In this document: positions 11,611-24,031 of the stretch, piece by piece | Layout: every line of letters begins with the position of its first letter | Position numbering within the stretch: position 1 is the first letter of the stretch | Assembly (NCBI RefSeq): GCF_001194135.2 | Contig: NC_068984.1 | Coordinates: 56,707,740-56,771,739, forward strand | Source of the DNA: Octopus bimaculoides | Lineage: Eukaryota | DNA: 64,000 nt | Reading direction: 5' to 3' | Position numbers and translations under genes: made by a program | The notes under the pieces: model-generated | What the model saw: the letters and a program-made list of their open reading frames with translations, nothing else | Told to the model about the DNA's origin: nothing | Database searches by the model: none

Positions 11611-12049
11611 CAATCAACGGCCATCCACCAAAATATCTGTAAACATGGATATATATATATATTTTTTCTTATATGTATATTTTTACTTTTATATATATTT
11701 ATTTATTTGTGTTTCAGTCAAGTGGCTGCGGTCATGCTGGTGCACCACCGTGATTATTTTATATCTTTTCTCTTATATGTATATTTTTACTTTTATTTAT
11801 ATTTATATATATATTATTTTATATCTTTTAACTGCATATCTTTTACTTTTCTTCATACAATATTATTTATACGTAATTCTTATTCACACATTGTACCTTC
11901 TTAAGTTTTGTATATATATATAGATATGTATATTTTTACTTTTATATACATACTTATATCTACTGCGTATCTTATTTATATTTCTATAGAATTCTTATTT
12001 ATATTTCCAAATCACATATTGTATGATTTTGCTTTTTTAAAGAGCTACT

Positions 12050-13232
12050 CCCCGTAGGTCACTGGAGTGTTATTTGATCACTTTATAGTGTTTGAATGTT
12101 GGTTTGGTGTCTGGAATGGGATAGCTTACCTCATATGCAAGTAGAAGCTCTTTAACCTTTGTTGGTAATCTACCTAGGAGAAGGAAATCTCTGAAATAAA
12201 ACCTGAGGCCTTGTAAGTTCCTGGTTTTGTTGATTTCCATGTGACACTGGCAAAAGTCTTCTTGGGCCAATAGGTGGGGTTAGTACAATGCAGGCTACAC
12301 CCACTGAAAATTATTCATCTGCACAGGTACTTCCTGTACTCCAAATCTTGGTAAAATCATTGAATTGATTGGTTGACAGAAACCTAAAAATGCATTTGTA
12401 ACTTACTCTAAAATGTCTCAGATTCAGTAAATAGCAAAAAGGCTTGGGAACAGGTCTGGCTCAACAGGTGTCCCAATGTATCACAGGCTGGACCTGGTCA
12501 TTATCCTGCCACTGTGGTCAAACAATCTTCAAGAAAAAGTAAAAATAAACTTCCTTTGAATTTTGGTTGTTGGAATGTGCACACTTCTTGATGATAATTT
12601 CAACAAGAGGCCAGAAAGGTGTACTGCACTTATTGCATGTGAGCCTAAGAAATATTCCCTTGATATGGTTGTACTGTCTGAAACTCATCTCTCTGGGGAG
12701 AGTCAAATAAATGAACCTACTTATGGATATATTATCTTTTGGAGAGGCTTACCTAAGGGTCAGCATAGAAAATCTGGTGTTGGGTTTGTCCTCAAGAATA
12801 CATTAGTGTCCTCCATTGCAGAGCTTTCAAGTGGTATATCTGAGTGAATTATATCATGCCATATGAAACTGACAAAAGGTAGGTTTCTTACCGTTGTCAG
12901 TATCTCTGCACCAACAATATCCCATTCTGATAAAACTGTAGGACAGTTTTATGATAATCTAGCTCAATTATTGAGGAAAGTACCAATTTCTGACAAGCTG
13001 ATCATATTGGGAGATTTTAATGCAAGAGTTGGAAAGGACTATGTTTCATGGCCTGTTTTAGATTGATATGGGATTGGAAAATGCAATAAAAATGGAGTAG
13101 TTCTTTTGACGTTTTGTACTGAGAATAATCTGGTTGTCACCAACACTCTGTTTAAGCAGAAAAATAAATATAAAACCACCTGGATACACCCAAGATCTAA
13201 GCACTGGCATCTCATAGATTATATTCTGATCA
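12050..13232 (+). mobile_element. RTE LINE 5' region: 5' UTR plus decayed AP-endonuclease domain
   Basis: One reading frame with a few stops: LSETHL, SGVGF, SAPT, ILGDFNARVG, NGVVLLTFCTENNLVVTNTLFKQK, TWIHPRSKHWHLIDYILI are RTE/BovB APE motifs (coding about 12560-13232). 5' boundary approximate. Confidence 0.9.
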
Positions 13233-13301
13233 GAAGAAATTTTGAACCTGCATTCTCATTCCTAAGGTATTTTTTGATGTTGCTATTATTATTATTATTA
13301 A

Positions 13302-13623
13302 GGTCACCGCCTGACTGGCTTCCGTAGGATTTTCGAGCGAGATCGTTGCCAGTGCCCCTGGACTGGCTTGTGCGGGTGGCACATAAAAGACACCATTTCG
13401 AGTGTGGCCGTTGCCAGTATCGCCTGACTGGCCTTCGTGCAGGTGACACGTAAAAGCACCTACTACACTCTCTGAGTGGTTGGCGTTAGGAAGGGAATCC
13501 AGCTGTAGAAACTCTGCCAAATTTAGATTGGAGCCTGGTGTTGCCATCCGGTTTCACCAGTCCTCAGTCAAGTCATCCAACCCATGCTAGCATGGAAAGC
13601 AGACGTTAAATGATGATGATGAT
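13302..13623 (+). mobile_element. RTE-type LINE 3' UTR copy
   Basis: GGTTGGCGTTAGGAAGGG..CCAGCTGTAGAAAC..GACGTTAAATGATGATG. Confidence 0.85.
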
Positions 13624-13696
13624 GACTGCTTGGAATCAAACTCGGAATCTTGGGATTAGTAGCCTGCGCTCTTAACCACTATGGCATATGCCCGGG
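13624..13696 (-). mobile_element. tRNA-like SINE head (family C)
   Basis: On -: TAGTGGTTAAGAGCG (A box) ... GAGTTTGATTCC (B box); similar to the head at about 61720-61775. Confidence 0.6.
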
Positions 13697-13729
13697 CATA
13701 TGTATGTATATATGTATATATATGTGTGT

Positions 13730-13928
13730 GTGTGTCTGTGTTTGTACTCCCACCATCGCTTGACAACTGATGTTGCTGTAGGTACGTCCCTGTAACCTAG
13801 CTGTTTGGCAAAACACACTGATAGAACAAGTACTAGGTTTAGAAAGAATAAATCTTGCAGTTGATTTCTTTGTCTAAAGGCTGTGCTCCAGCATGGTTGC
13901 AGTTACTTGACCGAAACAAAATAAAAAA
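13730..13928 (+). mobile_element. SINE family A, 3' half
   Basis: CACCATCGCTTGACAAC...GTGCTCCAGCATGG..GAAACAA. Confidence 0.75.
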
Positions 13929-14589
13929 ACTATGCCATTTTTATCCCCAGCAACGCTGGGTATCTTGCCAGTATAATTTAAAACAAAGGACAAAGATACT
14001 ACATCTACTGCGTACATTTAGAAATGTTGGTTGTGTTCTTGTACAGAATATTGGAGTTGGTGAGCGCTAGGTGGAAGATACAGCAGTTGGGACACGTGAA
14101 TTTTGAAGTAATGAGTGAGTGGAGACTTGTTCGAGCTTCCAATTCAGTCAGTTGAGGCATTGGTACTTCATGTTCCTAGTATTATAGTAGCTGGTTTCAA
14201 ATTTATCTGAAATGCTGATAATGTTCCCAAATTGCTTGAGGTTTATTGCTGATTCTCCGCTGTGCCATACTGTTGCCTCTCTCAGGACACCTGAAGCACT
14301 AAGCTGGTCCTGGATGAAGTTTGTAGGTCAAGTCACAGATGTTAACATCCCCCAGTTTTAACTATTATGTTTGGGGAAAACACTAATTAATGGTTTGAGG
14401 TGTTGCGCCGAGAACATGGAAGCAAGGATAAACAATTCCAGTGTTACTTGCTCGACTGTCTATGCACCTCTCCAGCAAAGGAAAGGAAAAAAAGTGTTTA
14501 AATCTGACAGTGGCAGATCTCTTGAAGCGTGAATGAGGACAAAGTTGCGTTGAAACTCCAGTATGCAACCCCATTCAAACCTACTGAAG

Positions 14590-15199
14590 AATATAGCATA
14601 TTTCTTAGTCTGAACAGTAATTCTTTAGGGGTATTAAATGATTTATCAATACTATGTATGAAAATTGCCAGTGGATCTGTCGATGGCTAGTGAAAAAGAA
14701 TCAAATCTCACCTCCTGATATTGGCTGCAATGTCTTCAGCCTGTCTTGTTGTCCTGTGAGATAAGCTGATCTTATCAAACATATTTAACTTTTCCGGGCA
14801 TAAAAGTTCAGCCACTGCCAAAAAAATTCTTTTACAATTTCTCTATTGGCATAATTTTTCCTTTTTTAACGTTTAGCAATTTTTTTTTTTTTGCTAAAGT
14901 GCCTTCATGTACAGTTTCTTCAAGTTCTGTTTGCCTTTGAGAAATTGCATATTTAGGCTGTTGATTTACTTTCCTTTTTTGCATTCTGATGTTCCCTTTA
15001 AATTTATCATACTCCGAAATTTTTTAAGCATAATGCTGCTTAACATTAAATTCTTTAAAACCGGAGATGTATTCATATATTAAACACATCGATTTGGCTT
15101 TTTTCACTTCAGCAAAAAAATAATCTTTGCCCAATATTCTTGGAATTTTCTAATTTCTTCAGAAATCTATTTTTTTTTCTCTCTCTTGGATGAAACCAT
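14590..15199 (-). mobile_element. Decayed hAT (SPIN/GTF2IRD2-like) transposase N-terminal half
   Basis: From ATG 15199: MVSSKREKKID..EIRKFQEYWAKDYFFAEV..FKEFNVKQHY..EYDKFKG ... AVAELLCPEKLNMFDKISLSHRT..FSLAID; frameshifted. Confidence 0.8.
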
Positions 15200-15279
15200 G
15201 AGCTGTGATATAAAAAAATTAAAATATCTTTGAAAATACTTATTGATATAATGTTCAGTTTCTGTCTCCACTCCTTATG

Positions 15280-18200
15280 ACTTGTTGCAATAATTCAGCC
15301 GCTGCAACAACACGTGTGCTGTGTAGCATAACTTTGCATACATACACTTTGAAAGTAAAATTTTGTCACTCCTACCCGAGAATGTTACATGATACGCACG
15401 TGTAGTTACAGTTCTGAAGTATAGCAACAAGTCGCTATAAGAGGTGGAAACAGATATTGAACATTGAATCAATAATCATTCATTGAGTAGAGATGCCAAT
15501 TTAAGGATCTTGAATGTTTGATTACACGGGTGACTTCCGATGACGAATATTTTCATTTTTCTAACTGCTGTATCCACAACGCAACCGGAATTGATAAGAG
15601 AAGGGATTAGTCGGGCAGTTAGTAGTTATTCCCCTTTGGCACTAGTTTCTACAAACCTCTTTAATCGAGTGTGAGGACACGTGAAAACCAAACGAAACCA
15701 GCAAAATTTTAATAGACGTTATTTTCCTCGTTAAGTCAGGCGTGCCTTTCAGAAAGCCAAACTGGTTGCAGTTTGTCTACGACTAGTGTAGTGGCTACTG
15801 CGGGGCCTCGAATGAAACCAAAGTAGAAGAAATAGATGTAATGAACGCCATGTCTTTCTGTTGTAAATGGGTCATATGTTTTTAAAGTCTAATTTAAGCC
15901 AAATAAAATCATGCAAGTTTTGTTTGTTAATGTGACTGGTGCATAATATGGATCTTTCTGATTTGGCGAACACCATTTGTTTCGAATACAAAAAAAATTT
16001 CTGTGTTCTATAAGACAAAATATACAAGTATACGAAGTTTTAAAGTGTTTCGGTAAATAAAAAATGGTGTCCGCCAAATCAGAAAGATCCTAAAATATAT
16101 TTCGTTATCCGTAGTAATTAATTTTTACTTGTGACTTAGTTTTTCACAAAAAGTAGTATGTCCCTTTAAAAACGCACTTCTGTAAAATACCCTAGTATCA
16201 AAGATAAAGCTGTGCATTTGAAATTCTATTTCAGTAACCACGAAACCCCATGTATAATGTAAGATTAAACTTCACGGTGTGAGTAGTACAGAATATATAA
16301 ATTTTTCCCCGCTCTCATTTAGAAAACACCAAGTTTACTATTTTGCTTTTCAGTTTCTTTATCTTATAGAAAATGAAATATCAACAACTAATGTATTACA
16401 TTATAGATGGTCTACTCCTGTAGCAATTGAGCAACTCTGTATTTTACGTTACATGTTTTTAAGACAATTTGGCCCACAAAAAATGAGATGGAGGGACTTT
16501 GAGGATAAAAACAATTACAAATGAACCATTTATACATTTCAAAAGTAAATGAAATATATTTATGTAATTGGCCATCATTTAAATTGGTATTAAGGCAACT
16601 TGTTAACGCTGAGAAGTGGTGTGCCACCAGTTGTGATAAAAAGAATATTCCCCACAAATGGTTTCAATACAATTTTAACAGAAAAATTTGGAAGAATTAG
16701 ATGAAAGTTCTCTGGTATTTTTTTTTTTTGTGTAAATGTTTGTGTTAATTTAAAGATTTGCCAGCAAAATCTTATAAAATGACAATGTTCTAAAAGATGT
16801 ACTTGTTTATATGTTATATATGAAAGTAAAAGCTTTTATATTAACCCATAAACTGCTGGGATTTTTGCTGTATGTAACATGAACTGCTGAGCCTATTTTG
16901 GGTAAAGTACTGCTTCGAGAGCATCATGTTTTCAAAAAATCATGAAAAATACTCAGTGTTTCTTAACACCTTCTGTGATTGGCTACACTGTTTCTGGGGT
17001 GAAAGGGTATCGTGTGCACACATTATACGTCATCAAAATTAGGTCAGATCATGCCCTACTTCCCTGGCCACGCACGTGGCCTATCAAAGTTTATGGGTTA
17101 ACCTTTTCCTGTCAAACATAGAACATACTTCATTGGCGTCCATGTATCATATATGATACATTCTTATTTTTTTTTAACCACTAGAGTAAGTTCGTACTAA
17201 GGAAAGCCTTCTATTACTCAGAACGTATGAAACAAGGACTACCTAAAAGTCTGAAAATATAAACATGGACGTTTAGGACAAACCTATGAAAATGCTTTGG
17301 ACAGGCAAAGGACGAAACTCTAATCCAAACTAATCCTGAGGTTGGGATTAGAATTGAGTTCAGAGCTATGAGTGGTCATAATTGGAATGCTTTTGTTGAT
17401 ATTAATTTGAAAACAGAAATAATAAGTCTTAAAAAAAAAAAAATTGGATGTTCACTGTTCGAAAGTTATAGTTGAATGGAAAATTGTGTGCATGAACCAT
17501 GGTTTTCGTGTATGTGCAGAAACCAAAATGAATTGGACAGTCGAGTAATTCATTTAAAATTTGTTTCGAACTGTAAAGTTCTGGACACTCAAGTTTCCCG
17601 TTACATTTTACTTTCGTTATAGAAAATAAAAGAGTACTTTACAATGTATTCTCAGATATTTNNNNNNNNNNNNNNNNNNNNNNNNNNNNNNNNNNNNNNN
17701 NNNNNNNNNNNNNNNNNNNNNNNNNNNNNNNNNNNNNNNNNNNNNNNNNNNNNNNNNNNNNNNNNNNNNNNNNNNNNNNNNNNNNNNNNNNNNNNNNNNN
17801 NNNNNNNNNNNNNNNNNNNNNNNNNNNNNNNNNNNNNNNNNNNNNNNNNNNNNNNNNNNNNNNNNNNNNNNNNNNNNNNNNNNNNNNNNNNNNNNNNNNN
17901 NNNNNNNNNNNNNNNNNNNNNNNNNNNNNNNNNNNNNNNNNNNNNNNNNNNNNNNNNNNNNNNNNNNNNNNNNNNNNNNNNNNNNNNNNNNNNNNNNNNN
18001 NNNNNNNNNNNNNNNNNNNNNNNNNNNNNNNNNNNNNNNNNNNNNNNNNNNNNNTGACGCCTTGGGCAAGTGTCGACCAAGGCCTTGCAAGTAAATTTGG
18101 TAGACGGAAACCGAAAGAAATTTTTACTTGTTTCAGTCATTAGATTGCAGCCATGCTGGGGGTACCATCTTGAAGAATTGTAGTAGAATGAATCGACCTC

Positions 18201-20162
18201 ATACTTATTTTTTAAAGCTTGGTACTTATTCTATCGGTCTTTAGCCGACTCGCTAAGTTACAGGGACGTAAACACATCAACACCGGCTGTCAAGCGTTGG
18301 TGGAACACACACATATACACGACGTGCTTCTTTCAGTTTCTGTCTACCAAAATCCACTCACAAGGCTTTGGCGGGCCCGAGGCTGTAGTAGAAGACACTT
18401 GCCCAAGGTGTCACGCAATAGGACTGAACTCGAAATCATGTGGTTGAGGAGCAAACTTCGCGTGTGTGTCTTTGAATTTGGCAACCAGTTTTGGTTTGTT
18501 TACGTCCTTGCAGCGCAGCAAAAAGATATCGTTAGAACAAGGCTTAAAAAATAAGCACTGGCGTTTAGTCGACTAAATCCTTCATGGCGGTGCTCCAGCA
18601 TGCCGCAATCCAAAGCCTGAAACAAGTAAAAGAATCTAGGGCACAACGCCACAAATTAAATTAGCACCATCTCTACATTTGAAGTGAAGCCTCAGTGCTT
18701 GAATAGTAGTTATTTTATCGAAAGATTAAAAAAAAAAAGGTTAAGTTTGACCACCAGGAAATTTGAACTCAAATAACTTGGAGGTAATCTAGACTTTAGA
18801 TTGGGAACAACTTTCAAAGAACAAGTCGTAGACGATCTGATTCGTTCTTGCGCACACGCTACAACACTGCAGTTTGCCAACCGTCCGACAAAGGCTAACA
18901 GGCCAAAACTTCGAAGCCATCACTCTCCTCGTAAAAGTATAATAATGTCTATTTTACTTTGTTTCAATAGCCGTTTAGACAACCAAAAAAACTCATTTAT
19001 GACAAATAGAAAGAGAGATGCAAAAAGAGTTAGGGTACGAAAAATAAAATTCGTCCCTCACAAATATAACATTCGTTGCCACTGCTATTTTAAATGTATT
19101 TCCTAAAATTAAATTCTGAATCGGTATGGTAGTTGTTAGGACCCACAGAATAGACAGGATCAAAAGCATTCCAACCTTGTTAATACCACTTTCACTTTTT
19201 CTTTTTTTCTGTATTGTAATATCTTGTGCTGAAATGTTCAATATGACTTATCATCTTAAGACTGTAGGGTGGATGGAATTCTCGCAGGTCGTGCGACCAA
19301 GCTGAAGTGTACCCTCGTAACCAACGCCGGACTTTAGGCATAATCTAAACAAGCTACAACGTAGGGTTTAGCAATTTGCAGGAGCTTCAAAAAATGTCAT
19401 AAGAGACCCTCTAGTGTAATTTTTGTTAATAAGAGACCTCCAGTCTTTATGTAGCTTCACCAAATTTAAATCCAGCTCTTTTCGGCCTTACGAGAGAGGT
19501 TTCTAACAATAAAGTGCTAAATATCGGACATATACAGCGAGAGGTTAACTTCAGAACGAAGTTGAAAATATACTAATTAAGAGTCGGGAATCGTCGTGAT
19601 TAAATTGCATTATCGTTTCAATCTTACAAGTTTCGGTCATTTTGGTTCATTATAAACTGAATTCTTGATGGTTTTTTAAAATCACAATTATCAGAAAATA
19701 CATTTTAATGTCTTACTAAATTTGTTGACTTTTGGAAGTGACATGTGACATTTTTCTCGAGAATTGAAACAGGGTTGTATTCTTGTGATTTTGTTTTACT
19801 TCTGCAAGTTAAGTTTCTTAATATAAATTTCATCTCTCTCTTTCACCTCCCATTTCCTCGTCAAAGCCTTCACCACCAACTCTCTGTGTTCATTACCTCC
19901 ACTCACTTCGTTGACTGTCACGGCTCGGAGATTTCAAGTTAGCTTGTTTGACACTGTTGTTCATACTGCCAGTCACATACTGGGACAATTGAACAAGATT
20001 ACCACTATATTGTACCATTCTTAGAACTATGAATAGTCTAATCTTTTGACAATAACAATTCTCTTATACAACCATGGACAAACTGCGATCCGTCTGATGA
20101 AGAACCATGTCTCATGCGGCCCACTTCTCGAAAAAGTTTCTCTCTCTTTCTCTCTATCTATC

Positions 20163-20200
<38 letters not shown>
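15280..20200. promoter_or_regulatory. CpG-retaining, promoter-like region
   Basis: CG dinucleotides visibly frequent at 15.3-16.1, 17.0-17.3 and 18.8-19.95 kb compared with 32-64 kb. CACGTG boxes near 15312, 15398, 15678 and 17073; YY1-like AGACATGGCG on - near 15850. TSS not locatable. Confidence 0.4.
18055..18635. mobile_element. SINE A (-, about 18123-18460) nested inside SINE A (+)
   Basis: Plus copy 5' core at 18055-18120 and 3' tail at 18500-18635 flank a reverse-oriented copy. Confidence 0.75.
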
Positions 20201-20667
20201 TACACAATATATGTCGCGCTGCCTCTAATTCACATTTGAGTAAATATATATATGTGTATGTGAAAAGATATCCGATAGTAATAAAAAATTGTAAAAATAA
20301 TAGATAAAAAAATGTATATATTACTTATATGCTAAAGGGACTTCTGCATACGCTCTGGCCACATCAAAAGTCGAATCTTATGAGCTTTTAAATTGAATTT
20401 TCTTAAAAGTCAATTTCTTATTTCGTCTGGTTTTGAGACAACAATATAAATACAATTCCTCTTTCTGTTTCAAATTGGTGCTTATAATATCTAATTACAT
20501 TGCTAAATTCAGTTGTTAATTCATTCATAATAAATATATGTACTTATTGTTAAGTGAATGGTCGACTTGACATATCATCTAAGAAAGTATGTCACTGTTT
20601 CAGAAAAATATAACCATGTTTTTATACAGTTAATTTTTAAATTTTATTTACAGGATTACTTTTCTTA

Positions 20668-23600
20668 TGAACCCATGGTTTGACAAAGAAAACTATTTGT
20701 AAAGGAAATTGCTCAAAGACGTTACAGTCAGTAGTAAAGAGCGTTTTGCAGTCCTTCCGTTTTCAAGTTAAACATCAATCAGACTCAAACAAATCGGCCC
20801 CTAACCAGGAAAATAATATTGCTCAAACAGAAGGATTAAAGTTTATAAATCAAAAACCGATTAACCGAACGAAACCATCAGATAAAACTTCGTCACTTTC
20901 ATTTATAGATCTAAACACGTGCCCTGAAAATGACTTGAAACAAGGACGGTTACAATGTTAAACAATTTAAAGGGTACCATGGAAATGGTGATAACTATCA
21001 CCCAAATTTCAGTAAAGTACCGAGAAAACAATGTTGTGGAATTCGAAGTTTCTACAATTCTAAAGAGAAAGTCATCAATATCGATAGCCTTTTGAATTTT
21101 GAAAAAACAAAATTACATTTAATCTTTGAAGGGTTCACAGAACGCTCATCTAAATTTGCTTTAATTCCCAATACAAGATGTAGTGCATCTTTCACTTTAA
21201 AGTTTTACAATTCTGATAAATTGAAGGTGAAAGAAACTGAATTACCTATCATTGCACCCATCCATTCTTCAGCAAAATGTGCAAGAACTAAAATTAATAA
21301 ATCAAAACTTAAAAAAAGTTTAAGCTTGAGGAAGTTTCCAAGTAAAATTAAAAGGGTGACATTCTCTAAAAACAAAAGAGTACACCTTAAATCTAAAAAA
21401 ATAGTTAATGTTTTTACTTTAGAGTTCTGGAAATGTTCCGAAATAGTGTCATCTCCAATACATCAAGTTGCTTTACCGGCCAGTGGAGGTAATAGTATCA
21501 TACACAACACTATTCATTCAGAACGTCCAAACCGAATCCCACCACTATGCTTATACAAAGAAAAATTATCGACCAGCGGGTTAAATGTTGTATCAGAATT
21601 TATTTCACCGATAGCAGCAGCTGATTCTTACATGGCAATAGCGACAGTCTCCACAGAAAGGTTACTACTGTCGTAGTTTCCCAGCAGGGAAGTGGTCACT
21701 GTAAGAACAGACTAACCCAAAGCCATGACAACAGGCATAATGATATTACTAACTATATCACAGCTGTTGGAACTGTCGAAGAGACCCCTGGCTGCACATA
21801 TTCAGTATCGGTAATATACTCAAAATTAATACATGGTATGTCCAGTACTGCTGTAACAATTTCATCAGATTTCTCCTCTCGGCTGACCACAGTTAGTGAA
21901 ATAAATTACTTTCCGTCTGTTTTCACAGAAAATTTTCCCAACAGTAAAACTGTATGACAGACCAAGTGAAACTTTGGATACTTATGTCATAGCTGCTAAT
22001 CCGTGTCAACCGAAAACAAATAATGTCGCAGACGGTGGTAACACAAAAGGAACATATCAAAGTAAAGATTATTTGTATAACCGGTTAGAAGATCAAAGTT
22101 ATGAACTTTCATGCCAAACCACATGTTTTTCTAACCAAATACTAGATAAAAGCTTACGTGATGTTACATTCCAGGAAGAATTATCTAATAAAACACAATG
22201 CCAATCACCGCAGCATACATTATTAACCTCCCTATCTAGATTTAAGGAAAGTGTAAAACCAGAATACTTAACAAAAACAAGAGCTGTTTCCAGTCAAGTA
22301 AATAAATATGATCACGAGGTGTCGACCAATACTATTGATCTCAGACTAAATGATTGTTGTATAAACTGCAGACCGTCAGAGGAAGAGGTGTCACTGACTC
22401 CGGACCACACCCAAAATAATGAGCGACGTTTAGTGGCAAGCACGAGAAATGTAGATAGTAAAAATATTTTTTCTAAGGAAATCTTCATCGATAATTTTAA
22501 TAATAATTGCATCACTTCTCTACATTATCTCTGTAGCAACTGCTGCTGTCATCAGTTAAAAACAACTCGTTTGAAGGATACTGTCTGCCAATCATCACAA
22601 TACACTGACAACTTGCCAGACAGCTGCGACGATGATAATGCCACAGAAACAGCATTGCATAGGGATCAGCACGTTACGAAAGGCATTCCAGGAACTTGCC
22701 ACGCGACAAGCGCACTTACCGGCGGAGAAGGCGAGCGAATCACGGCAAAGAAAGAGGGAGAAGTGAAAGCGAACTACATTCTTGGTACTCAGGTACAAGG
22801 AAACGGAATTGTCTACATTTCTACAACACGGATTAATTGTTTGTTACTATCATTTAATAATAATAATCAATCTGATAACACAAATCTTTCTGGTTCTGTT
22901 TTTGACAAGTCTTTTAAAGCTGTCGGTGAGGAAAATTCTCCTTTATATTCGCAATCACATGTTATTACTCCTGATAGTAACACTAACTTCGATTTTCAAT
23001 TTAATAATTCGCAGTATTTGAGAGATACATTAAGCAGTAGTTCGATTTGGAATAAATATCAATCATCCGATAACAAAAGCAAAAGTGATAGCTATGACAT
23101 CATCACCAGTGGCAATGATAGTCCACTCACTCGACACTACATAAACACCAAGTCATTTGTAGACATTACAAATACGTATAATGAGTTCAGTTTTTCATCT
23201 TTGACAAGTATTCGCACCCAAGCAGAATAACATGATGTTCTGCCGACAAAATAACAAAAGTGTCATAGATATCCGTGGCCGATTTCTGACCACACAATTT
23301 TTCCCTCTAGTATCGATAACGATATAGGTGGTCGGTTGTCAGCTGCTCGTGTTAGTGAACAACTGGGAAAGCAGTTAAACCCGAAATGGCTCGATCCCCT
23401 TCCTGGATTTTCTCACAGAATATTTTGACGACGATAACACCACCACCACCAACAACAACAACAAAAATAATGTCATCAGTAATAAGTGCAGCGTAGTTGT
23501 TACTGCCAGAAGCTTAATACCGACGAAGTCGACTCCCTTATCATATTTATCATATTTATCAGCAGCAGGGGGAGAATCTACCCCGACATCACTTTTATCT

Positions 23601-23947
23601 TCTTTTCCATCTATAGTTTTTACTCCTGAGATTCCTTTTCACCCTACCCCAACCATTGAAACATGCGTTAGAAAAGATAGCGGGATAATATCTAGCAACA
23701 GCTTTTCTTACAGCCCAACGTCAGTTATAGCAACTTCATTAGGAAGCGCTACCCAAACAACCTTGGCTCCCTCATGTTTTCCTCTTACTTCTGATAATGT
23801 TGCTCTCACCTCTATACTTGTTTCCGACACTTGCTTACTTGCTGAACACGCGAAAGAAGTGAAGAAAAGAAAAAGTAGACGGAGCGACGGTGGAAGGATA
23901 AAATCAATAAAGTGAGAACTAATAAAAAGAAAAACATATTTGATTGA
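20668..23947 (+). pseudogene. Chain of overlapping stop-free frames upstream of the giant exon (disrupted coding-like extension)
   Basis: Open stretches 20668-20958, 20939-21673, 21625-21954, 21905-23227, 23255-23425, 23379-23912, 23846-23944, all on +, with composition like the giant ORF N-terminus. Confidence 0.55.
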
Positions 23948-24031
23948 GAAACTGTCACTAGTGTTCAACGAGAAGGCCATGTACGGTCCGATGGATTATT
24001 TGGAAATAAACAACTATCTCTGTTTACCCAG

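Noticed and set aside
12120-12210. Possible HDV-like ribozyme at the RTE 5' end
   Set aside because: Could not build P1/P3/P1.1/P2 pairing or the L3 and J4/2 consensus by eye; an Infernal search of the family consensus would decide.
12050-13623. RTE 5' part plus 3' UTR as one internally deleted element
   Set aside because: About 70 bp of unrelated sequence and (ATT)n separate them; more likely independent insertions.
23228-23947. A-to-I editing of stops to join the upstream ORFs to the giant ORF
   Set aside because: Editing could recode TGA 23945, but the 441-codon ORF is separated by further stops and two frame changes that editing cannot fix.
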